64,000 nucleotides of DNA from Aplysia californica (lineage: Eukaryota): positions 571,329-635,328 of the forward strand of contig NW_004797574.1 of assembly GCF_000002075.1 (NCBI RefSeq), in the 5' to 3' direction. Within the stretch, counting starts at the first letter, position 1; each line of letters begins with the position of its first letter. Shown here one piece after another: positions 13,262 through 25,200 of the stretch. The notes below the pieces were generated by a model. That model had not been told where the DNA came from and did not search any database. It was given only the letters and a program-made list of their open reading frames with translations. The position numbers and the translations under genes are program-made.

Positions 13262-16200
13262 GTGAGTATACTACATGGCCTCTGTGTCTCTCTTTCTCTG
13301 TGTTACGTATATACCCTCGTGTAAATGGTTGGGGATGGGGATTCTGATGCTGTTTTTTGGGGTGATTTAAATTTTGGTACAAATTTGAAACTTCCAATGT
13401 CTGTTCTTATTTGTGGCTGGGCTTCTCTCCAATTAAAAAAAAAAAATTGGCATGTGCAGCTTTGAATTGATGAATAATGCATGTTGCTTCTGTGCTTGAC
13501 ATTCTTTCCTGTCTGACAGTAAATTTTTTGTTTTGTAAGCCTCCTGTTTTTTAATATGGGGATGGGTGGGGGGGAGGGTATAAGGGAAGCGTATTTTAAA
13601 GCTTACAGGAATCAGTAGGCGGCGGGCATACGTTTCTCATGTTGTAAAATGTTTAAGTAGTTACAGGTCATTGGAATCCATGTACAAGTTTTAACCAAGG
13701 GGGATTTTGTCCTGTAACTTGCTATACTTGTGTGTGTATGTTGTGGGGGTGGGGGCGTTGTTAAAGTTTGTTCCCAATTCAGTGTATCTTGGGTGTCTTT
13801 GACTGGTCTTTTTGTCTCTTGCACTTTTAAGATTTATTTTTTATTTCCCATTCAAGTCCTTCCAGCGAAACAGTCGAGGATGTTGAGGAAGAGCTTGATG
13901 GTGAAGCAGGTCAGTTTGCCCATTTTTTAAATAGAAAACAATAGTGGGCTGACAAATATAGGCCTGCCAACCTTCCCGATTATGTCGGGGAATTTCCCGA
14001 ATCAGATGTTCTGCTCCCGATTCCCTGATAAGTTTTGATTTCCCGATTTCGGAGGCGTGCTATATTATAATTATTTGCGTGAGAATGACGAGTGAAATTG
14101 ACGATAGGGGAACTCGTGTGTCACTAAAATATCCAAGTTCACTGTTTTATATGTATAATACACCCATATACACTCTATTAATATAATAAATATGAATAGG
14201 TTGATTGTGACAGAAATATTACCTGGTTCCAGCGCGCTGCCCTGATTTCCTTATTTTGCATTTTCCAAAGTTGACAGGCCTGCATAATAATATATGTTAA
14301 ACTGTTCCCATGAAACTAAAACTTATTATGTAATGCATATTTATTTGCAAGAATATTTAAAAAGTGCAGCTCAGATGCATTGTCAAAGGAATAGGGGATA
14401 GGTTTTATCTCGCTTGGTTTGTTTGTCATTGGCCTTGGGAGAAATATGTTTTACAGTGTTGTATTTTAGGTTTGGAGGTGAAATGCTTGTGGTGATCTGT
14501 AGTATGTTTTTTGAAATGCCTGAAGATATAGCTTGTTAAAACTTATGATTGTGGTTGTAATTTCATGTTATATTAAAATAACAAGTGATTGACAGTATGT
14601 TGGCAAGCTGTTCAAGTGTTCTAAGCCCAGAAAGCAAGGATTAACTGTTTGATTTTTTGAAAATTTGAACCTTCATTAATTATCTTTTGTTCTCTTTCTT
14701 TTTACATATGAAATTTGAATTTCGACAAAATGTTTTTTTTTGGGAAATGCAACCGACACCACAGATTAATTTACTGCAATTTTTTTAAAATCTGATCAGC
14801 CGGCCCATGAGTTTTATTTTCTTGTGCCTTTGAGCTGAACTGGATATTTTAGATAAATGTGATAATTGTCTGATTGAAAGGACTTTTTGCTAATGTGCAT
14901 TTTCTTTTCTTGCCCTTAGTTGAGGCTGGGGACAGTCAGGCCATTGCTGCTCAGTTGATGAAAAACCCTGGAGTGCTGGCCGCCTTGCAAGACAAACTCT
15001 CCTCAATTGTGGGCTCTCCTTCAGGATACATTCAAAGGTTGGTGATCAGGAGATAAAGCTGGAATGCATGTTTGTTTGTTTCCTGATTTCAGTCTTCTTC
15101 CTCTTCTTAAATTTCCTAATACTTCTTCATTATTATTTCGTTCGTAGAACGGGTACTTTTACTAGTGTTTTTAATGTGGATGATTGTAGATAGCTGATTT
15201 ATAGCTATAGCCACTTTTCTCTCTCTCTCTCTCTCTTTAAAAAAAAAAAAATACCACCTTTGGCTCACATGTGTGATGATTTTCTATATTGCTGCTATTT
15301 AAAAAAAATATTAAATTTTACTTTGCTTTGTAATGAAATGGCACAATTACTAAATCCTTGTAATGCTTTGTTTCAGTCTACCAAAAGAAGTCAAAAGACG
15401 CATCAAAGCTCTGAAAAAGCTGCAGAATGAGATTATTAATGTAGAGGCAGAGTTTTATAAAGAAGTAAACTTGCTGGAGTTGAAATATGCCCCCAAGTAC
15501 ACAGCCCTGTTTGAAAAGGTGAGCATTGGAATACAATAGCACAGAAATTCTCTCTCTAATTTCAAGATCATTTTCCTTGTGTATATCCTGTTCCTGTGCA
15601 AAAGAAAATGTCTGTCAATTAACGAATTCTCGGTAACAGTGGAAAAACCAGTTTGTGGAAATCCTGTACATTAGTATGAGTGTTAGTTTTACCTTGATAG
15701 AGGTGTTCGCAGGTCTGATTCCAAAGTTTGGGGGTGGGGGGTAGTGTAAAACATTGCAACATTGAACACTATTGGTATGTTTCATAGATGTGGATTGGTG
15801 GTTTGCGGGTGCTCTGGTATGGTTCGTCCTTCTTTCCTATCAAACATCAATTGTCCTCATCTCGTTCTTTTTTGTATTTGTTACTCTCTTGTAATACTTC
15901 TAATCTTTGGCATACATAGACCATATTGTGTTGCTAGTGCTGTAAAACTTACTAAAACTAAAATAAATGAGATGCCCATCTCATTTGTATGATTGTATTG
16001 ACAAAGAACTATTCCTTTCCACTTTCTTCTTTCAGAGGAAAGAGGTTGTGAGTGCAGCACGAGAACCCACAGATGAAGAGTGTGACTGGCCTAGCGATGA
16101 GGAGGAGGAAGATGAGAAAGATGAAGAAGGAAAGCTTGCAGTGAGTGTTAAGTTTAGATTGTAGTTTCACCTTTTGATAAACATAATTTCTTTTATTTTT

Positions 16201-19200
16201 TATTGTTTCTATTCATACATTTCAGAAAGAAGTTAAAGCAGAAATCTGCACAGATTTTAATGGGCTATTTTATAGCATCAAAGTCTTGGTAGACTACATA
16301 TAGACAGGTGCCTTCTTTTTAGTAATGAATGAGTGTTGAGAGTTCCCATATATATGACTTGTTTTTAGTTCATGTTATAAAGTCAGAACAAAACCCATTG
16401 AGTAATTTAAGTCTTCGGTTTTGTGTGGCGTTCTTTGCCCTTGTGCCACAGATGAAGGAAGTTGAAAGTGCAAGAGAATGTTAGGAGATTAGTGGATTCA
16501 CAAATTTCTTTGGGGCCCTTACTGGGAGTGCCATGGTTGTTGTAGTTCATGATGCTTTGATGAATGTCTCGTTTCATCTTCTTGGGTGAAATAGGACTGC
16601 AGCCAATTTATCATGAACAAACCTGTGACTTTTGCAATGATCAGTGTCTTCTGTTGCTGCTATGTTTTTGATGTGCCTTCTGGGTGCATTGATCTCCAAT
16701 GTAGCCCGATTCTCAACAGGGAGAGCTCAAGGACAAGACTAGTCTAGAAGGCGCCAAGGAGGCTGGTGGCGATGGAGAGGAAAAGAAAGCTGGTAAGTGG
16801 GGTGTTTTTTTCTATGGGTTTACGTTTTAGAGTGGGACAAGCAAATGAAACAGTTAAAGTGAGTTAATTGTTTTATCAAAAGTAATATAATAGGATCTTG
16901 AGTCGTGATAGCAAAAATAACGTAAAAGATTGTTAATTTGTCACTTTATCCCCCCCCCCCTTTTTTTTTTTTGGATACCTAAGAAAGAATTTTCAATTCT
17001 AAGAATTCTTTTTGAATTTTAATAATCGATTCATAAATTTAAAAGTGGACCACGAATAGCAGATTCTCTAAGAAAATCTACATCTCTGTAATTAATTGGA
17101 GTGTTTAAAAGAAACTTGGCTACCCAATGTGTTTTTTGGGTGGAGAAATCATTTCTGCAGTTAGATTTACTAACCATTTCGTAGTTATTTTGTTATAATT
17201 AATATGTTGGTGTACATATTACGATTTTTCGAAAACGGACGTTGGAATGAGAGCATTTTATTTATAGTTTCGTATGAAAACATGGGTTCTTTAAGAATGT
17301 GTTTTTAACAGCATGACTAAATAATGGCAAAGCTTTCTTTGATAACTTTAGACCATGCCAATCTTAAATATAATTTAATTCAATCTAGCATGCCGTACAA
17401 TTAAAAACTTTTTTTCCCCGTTGAGATGCGAACACCCCAAGGCGAGATAAGGTCACTTTGGAATACCCCCACTGCGATATTACGGGTGAACAGAGAAAAA
17501 CAACAGGATGCGCGCCCACCATTGCCCTATTTCAAGTGACCAATGAAGGCGCTTGGAATAGTCTTGCAGGGATTTGTAGGTCACATACATTTGCCGAGGG
17601 AGGGGGGGGTGTGGGGAATGTCCATTCTCCATGCGAAGCCGCTTTGGACAGGGGGATGGTCGGTCGTGCATTTATGATCGGGTCTAAACTACTTGCCACA
17701 GAACGTTCAAATTTGAGGACACTATAGAGGAAAGAAAGGTCTCTTACCTTCTCGACGTTGAAAAACAAGCTCCTTATAGTTTTCGGTAAACCCGATACGA
17801 AAGTATTCCCGACACCAAAAGTATGGATTAATTTATGTGTATAAACTTAAACGTCCTCATATCATTAGTTTGCCTATTTTGTGATTGGTTGCCAAGTTTC
17901 ATTCACAGTTGTCTAGATATATAGAGCAGACCGAGGTTGAGAAAGTTAGTCACTTACGTTCTGACCCTGTCCAAGAATTTCACCTGCAAACGGGGACCAA
18001 AATTTTGTCGTGCGCAACGATTGGCATTGCTACACTATTTGACTTACTCCTCTACATCTGATATGCTTTTTGATATTTGACTTTCTTTTTTAATCTTTGT
18101 TACAGAAGAAGATACGAAGGGTATTCCAAGTTTCTGGCTCACAATCTTCAAGAATGTTGATATGCTCTCAGAAATGGTGCAGGTATGTTATTGTCCACAC
18201 TGTTATTATAAAGAATGACTACGAGACAAGGGGAATCCCAGGGGTGACCTGGCAATTTTAGAAAGTCTGTAAATTTATGCTGGAACTTGATTTTGTTCAC
18301 CATAATATGAGAACCAATTCTAATGAGGTCAATAAGTTCCCTTCTTGCTGTGAATATTTGTTATTCTTTTTTTATTCGCAGAGTGAGTTTTGCATTAACA
18401 CATGGCTTTAACAGAAAAGAATGGGTCATATTGAGGCTGAACTCTCAATTGGGAAAATCAAAATGTACTTTCACTTTCGTTAGAAATAAGTAAGAATAGA
18501 CTGATGTGCCAAAGTTACTCTATACATCAAAGCTGTGTGTGCAATTCATTGTCAGGAAGTGTATTTTAATATACTAAAATGTCTTATTAAATGAGTGTCT
18601 GTGCTGATAGTTTTCAGAGCCTGGAATAACAAGTGTTAAAAACCCAAAACAAAACTTTAAAGACATTTTTGAAGTCTGTTTATATTATAGTGTGCACTGT
18701 CACTGCTTTGTACCCCTGAAAAATTTACCCTTGAAAAATGTCCTAGTCGGTTTGACAGTCATTCTGAAATCATAGGGGCTTGTGTTCTCTGAAGCCGATG
18801 CTGGAAAGAGTTTATGAAAGCAGGCAGCCCTTCTGTGTCGTCTAGTTTTCTATGCTGGCTGTCAATGACTAAGTGTATACCTTCCTTGGAGTGTGTATGA
18901 CAAGAAATTTACTCACCCTGGATGTGTTTCTGTTGATTGGTTATGAAAATATCTTAACATCAAGATTTCTACATATTTGTGGATTTACTTTGTTGGACTG
19001 AAAACATGCAAATGGGTTTTGTTTGTATTTTCCTCAGGAACATGATGAACCAATCATGGCACATTTACAGGATATTCAAGTTGTCATCCACGACAAAGAT
19101 CCTGTTGTAAGTGTTTCCTTTTGAAAATATGTTTGGTGTGTTTTCTATGGGATGTGGTTGTTTGTAGTTCTATGCTGGTTATGTATTTGCTGTTACTGAG

Positions 19201-22200
19201 ACAATTCATATTTTGTTTCTTTAATTGTTGACACTGATTTCGTTTGCTTCAGTGTAATATGTTTTAACTTGGTAGAGGTAATGAAGTGCTCTATTTTATT
19301 TAGGGAAGATCTATTGAGTTACTTTTTTGCGTTGTATGGAGGCGTCTTGTGTAGTTTCTCAGTCCACATTGTTTTAAATTGTTTTTCATGTTGACTTCAT
19401 TCACTTCGTTGTAATGTTCATTTCAACTTGGTACTGGTAGTTTATAAAGTGCTCAATTTTTTTTTTGAAGAGCAGAGATATCGAGCTACTTTTTTCTGGC
19501 TTTTCAAGGTGTTTAAGGTCAAATTCTGAAAAATACCAGTTTTATTCTGGAGAAATGTCAGTGGTGCTTTACAGTCAGCATTGTGAGTTCTATGATTTTC
19601 CCCTTAATTTCTATAAAGTGGTTTAATGCTCACAATGCGCTTTCCATTTGAAAATATGTGGACCGTTGGTTCTCTTCTCCCCCTCTCCTCCCTAATGCTA
19701 GCAGTTTACGTAACTTGTTCTTCACCATGTGCTTATTTCATATATTGATCCTCTCTTTGCAGGGGTTCTCATTAGAGTTCCGCTTTGAGCCAAATGAGTA
19801 TTTCACAGAGACTGTTTTAACCAAGCGGTATGAAATGAGGTATGAGCCGGACCCTCAGGATCCTTTTGCATTTGAAGGCCCAGAAATCATCAAATGCACT
19901 GGGTAAGTGAAGTGGAATTCTTTGTCAGCCTTTGTCTCATCTCTTTTTTTTGTGTGTGTGTGTTTTTTGGGGGGTTTTCTTTCCCAGATTTTTACTTGTG
20001 TAGAAATTTGAATACACTTGACTTGGGAGCAGCTCAGAAAAAAATTACATGTTTCAAGACATCTGTACATGATTTTCCAGACTGTCAACTTGGAATGGGA
20101 AATTACATTTTTTTGTGTAGCTGGCTGGTTATGGAGTGAAAATATTCTTTTCTTCTTTGTTTCCATTGATTCTCTTATGCAGTAGAAATAAATTCAGTGA
20201 ACGTTGGGTATGATGTTCTTGACGTTTATTTTTTCTGCTTCCCTTATATGTTTTAGTTGTCTTCTACGATATTGGTCAATTCACACATCAACAATAGAAT
20301 TACTGTGATTTTCCACTGTCTGTTGTGTTCTTAGGTTTTTTTTCTTGTAAATTCATTTTGTTGAAGTGTCATATGACTCGTGTTTTTTCAGTTGCACAAT
20401 CACTTGGAACAAAGGCAAAAATGTGACGGTGAAACAAATCAAGAAGAAGCAAAAGCATAAAGGACGGGGACTCACCAGAACGGTGACCAAGCAAGTGCAG
20501 GCTGACTCTTTCTTCAATTTCTTCAACCCCCCTGCAGGTTTGTTGTGTTGCTGACGCTTAATTCTTTTTTTCTTGTTAATCCAGTAGCCTTTGAGCGTGT
20601 GTCCTTCGGCCCAAGCCATGTTTAAAAAGATAGTCTTTGACATTTGTTTTTAGTTGCAGTATAGGGTATTGTCTGTGGTAGAGATAGGAGGAAGTTTCTC
20701 TTGGAGACTCTGTAATTAGAGACATTCAAGAGTTAATCTTTTAGGTGAAGATGGTTGTGGGCTCTCTCACCTTTCTTTGAAGTCAACAAGCCACATGTGG
20801 TGCTGTGCTGTATGGGCGACAAACAGCTCACACGCTGGAGCCCAGGCTTTTCTGCTATAGAAGTGATTCGTGTGTCGTCACAGGACATGAAATGTAGAGC
20901 AGTGCAGAGCAAAACATCAGGATATGTAGTAGGGAATGGTGCCTACCTAAGCAAATGTAAAACAAGCCCATAAATGAGTTCTGAACCATGAATTTTGTAA
21001 TTTGTGAAAAGATATTGAGTGCTAAAAAAATTATTGGGGGGGGGGGCTTGGTTTTCTTATGTATTTTTTTCACGTTCTTTATTCCTTTATCTGTTGAAGC
21101 AAGATTTCTTTGTTGACTTTTGTGATGACACTGAAAAATACAAATCACGCTTGGAGAAAAGGGTGTCCTGGAATTCTTCATTGTGTGCTAGAGTGATTAT
21201 TTTGTCACTGAATTATGTTCTTGTATATTTTTCCTCTTGTTCTAATGCCATTTTAAATGTTTCTTTCGTTTTGTTTTTGCAGTCCCAGAAGGATCTGAAT
21301 CTGAAGTGGTAAGTTTCTGTCTAAGCATAAGCCTCAGGAGAGTTAAACCAAAATGTTTTTTAACTGTTTGTGTTTTGCATTGTGTTTCTAGTGTATGTTT
21401 AGAATGGGTGAAGGGTTTTCTTTGATAATTTCTGTACGAGGTGCAATAATATTTTAGGCACATTACCTTTGAAAATAATTATATTTATCTTGAAGCTTGT
21501 TGCTCTGGTTATGATTTGTAATGGAAAATATTTTTTGGTTAAAAACGTATTTTTCTTTTTCCCTTATTGTCAACTAGGATGAGGAGATTGAGGCCTTACT
21601 CGGTGCTGACTTTGAGATTGGACATTTTATTCGTGAGAGAATAGTGCCAAGAGCAGTGCTGTTCTTCACAGGAGAGGCCATCGAGAATGATGATGTAAGT
21701 GTGGTCAGTGTCAGGTTTTTTTGTCAAGATGTTGCAATTCACTCATCGAACAGAAAATGAAGGTACAAGGGTGTGTAAATTTAGGAAGGAAAATTGGCTG
21801 TTTCCAGGTTACATCCGTTTCCTGTCTTGAGCGATCTCGTCACCAGTTTCAGTAGCTCTTAAACGGATCCTCTTTCATGAAGATGGGGTCCGAATGGTCG
21901 TGGTAATTTTCATTACCTAAATTTTCTTAATCGCTTGTGAGTGGTTTCTGGGACTAAAATCTTTCAAAAGTAGCATGGCACAGTAGACAATCCTGGGTTC
22001 ACTTTAATTTTCACTTGGAAAAATTTTTGCCTTAAAATCATCTCACCAAAATGGGAAGTCACTCTAATGAACAGATTTTTCTTTAAAAGGGAAGTGGAAA
22101 GGCTGTTTTCCCTTTTTTTCTGAATTACTGAAGCTGATATAGTGTGACTCATAGTCTAATTAGATAGTAAATTGGTGACAAACACATGGGCTGCCGTGTT

Positions 22201-25200
22201 ATCTCATCTGGCACATGTGTTGTCATGCTTGTGTGCGAGTTTCTTTGTTGTTGCTTTTGTCCTGTGTCCTGTTTTGGTGCTGATATTTGTCCTAACATAA
22301 AAATGTGCTTGCTTAGTACACATTGTTATGCTTCAAGAGAAAGGAAAATACAGTAGTCTCCGCCTAAGATCCCGGTGCTCGGGAGCAAGGAAGTATGGGA
22401 TCTTAACCGACGAACCCAGGGAAGAATCTATGGTGACCCATGCTAAGGCTCACAATCAATAAAATGGTCTCCCTCCACTCTACAATGAACTGACGGTGAC
22501 CGCTTGGTGGGTTTATGACGTAAGGCGAGCAAAGAGTGATTAACCTTGATGACCTGTCACAGTGCATAGTGGGATGAGACATGCCATTTTCACTTATTAT
22601 CCTGTCATAGTCTCAAATTATATGCTTATCCAGTTGCCCCTCCCCCTTACCTGTCGAAAATTTATAGCTTTCCATCTCTGACCGAGCCCCCCCCCCCCCC
22701 CCCCCCCCCGTCTGTCTCGCAAATTCGGGAGTAGAGACAACTTCTGCCATGGTCAGGGAAGAGTTAACAGTTCAATGTGGTCCCACCTGGAGCGAACGTG
22801 TAGGCCCTACCCACCCAGCGGGTGATATAAGTTTAGGGGGAGAGCTCAGGTGTGAGTGCGGTGTTCAGGGAAAACAAACGTGTCGGTCAGTTCACACCCT
22901 GGTGTGATCCCGTCTGGGGCAAACATTGTTTCGCTTCGAGTTTTTCAATGTGCATGGGATCACATTCACGATAGTGGCTGATCTTTGACACGACGGACAG
23001 TTTGTTGATCTCAACTTTTCACTCTTTGTTGATCGGCTGTCCCGCCCGGGTTTTTGTTCTGTAAATTATGATCTGAAATGCGGGATCTAACCCGAATGTA
23101 AAACGGCGAGATCGTAAGCTTTGGGATCTTAGGCGGAGACTACTGTAGTTTAGTTTGGTGTGTGTGGGTTAAAAAGACCGATTTTATTATATGTTTGTTG
23201 TTTTTTTCTTTTGCCCACAGTATGATGATGAGGAGAATGAAGAGGTAAGCAACATGTTATAATTTTTCTCTTTCTTTTGACTATTTTTAGCTTTATTTTT
23301 AATGCACAAGGGTTTCTTTTAACTTTGATCTCCATGCTCTTTATTCAGAGATAAAAGTTTAGTGTGAGTTCTAGCATCGGACCTTATGTTGGTAATGAGT
23401 CTGTGCTCATAGCATCGTGTTTTGAGAGTCCTGTTAGTTGTCCTGGAAGCCTTTGTGAAAAGAACCAAATTACTGGGTTCATTTGGTGATATGCTTTACT
23501 GTAACTCAGGACCTATTTTCATATGTTTAGCTGCACATTTTAAAAACTTTGGTTGTAAGGGGATATTTTTGTAGCTGTTCACCCATCAGAGTGGATCCTT
23601 TTGGAAACGGACAGTGCTCTCAGAGATTCTACTTCTTATATATCAGTATACTGCTTAATACTCCTACTGACCATGGACCAAAACTGAGTCTTAAAGTCCC
23701 ATTCAAATTTTTGGTTTGTGATGCAATGGTGTGAAAATTTACATCGTAACCAGCAGTTAAGCTTGCAGCGCTCTCAGTAGAAGAAAGCTGTAGTGACCTG
23801 AGGATGCATTGTTAATCATTTTTGAAGCCGTAGGTCATTGTTTTTTTGGGTTTTTTTAATTGTTGGGTTGGATTTTTACACTTTGAACTGAGTCACGAAC
23901 CCATGTTCATTGTTGTTTTGCAGAGCTCTAGTAGCGATGTAAGTCCCACTTGCTTGTTTCCTGCCGGTTGATAAGTTTATCAAGTTGACAGAGGGGGTCT
24001 GCACGGGGCATTGAGTTTTCGTTTTGCAAATTTGTCCTATGGCACCACCTTTTTTTTTCTTTTTCTTTTATGTGCTCTTTTCAGTTGGGGGCTTGCTTAC
24101 CTATTTGGTAATGTTTGTTGGGAGTTGTCTTTTGCTTGTATAATTTGTAATTTTTTTTACCCTATGAAGAGGCATGTTAATTTTGATGTTATGGCTTGTA
24201 TAAGTTCTTCAGTTATGGCCTTTTTGCTCTAGACACCCATGTGATTGAATGACTGAAACACGACTGATGTATTGTATCTTTGTATCATCATCAGACATGT
24301 TGTTGTAACACTTGTAGCAGAGTTTGCCTAACCCAAGTGTGGTTTGGTTTCTTTTCAAGTTTTTAAGTTGAAATGTGTTACGGTAGTGACAAAATCTTTG
24401 AATTTAATGTAGCTCCTTGATAAAAGAAGGCTTCGGAAGCCACCCGTGCAAAATTCAAAATAGATATTGTCCTACTCAAATTAAACATATACTCTGGTCA
24501 GTATAAAAATAAAGTATCTTCAAAACTGGAATGAGGCTGCCCGAAGGCAAGGGACCCTATGAAGTAGGAAAAATGGTCACATACGACACGTAAGAAAGCG
24601 GTTGACAATTCTGAGATCTAGTAGGGGAGTGCAAAGAAGAATGTTGGACTGACAAAAACTGGTAGAGAGTTATAGAATAAATCCAATGTGTCAATTAAGT
24701 GAAAGGCCATGGCTTTTAAATGTGTGGAAGAAATATTTTTTATTTCCTCTTAAATTGGGATTTAAGAAAATAATATGAGTATGAGTCAGAAATTTGTTGT
24801 TGGGGCTGTGTTAAGGAGTTAAGTCACTGACTGCTGCCGGTCTCAGCTGTGATCTTTAAATTTCTATCTCAATAAACCTTGTTTGTACTTATGCTCTAAG
24901 CTAGATTAAACATTTTCTGTGTACAGGGTTCATAAATAAGTCTTTGTCTTTTTCAAATTTGCTAGATCGGGTCAGTTTTTATTCTTGGTTAACTTTTATC
25001 TTTGTCCTTATGGGCTGTCTTTTATCATGTCGTTTTGCCCGGTTTTGTCCTCAGGGAGAGGATGACGAGTACGATGAAGACAATGATCCCGACTTCAACC
25101 CCGAGGTAAGACCTAGCACCTTGTCAAATAGCTCACAGCCACCTGGGAAGACTAACTAGTAGCTGCGTGGCTGTTTTGTACCATAACACATTTGGGGTGG

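Noticed and set aside
20755-20920. Two-hairpin structure ending in ACA
   Set aside because: No H box between the hairpins and an atypical position; insufficient support.
21120-21212. Possible C/D snoRNA (GTGATGA ... CTGA, ~70 nt before an acceptor)
   Set aside because: No convincing terminal stem, and the putative guide matches 18S rRNA only with indels. Needs an Rfam or snoscan run.
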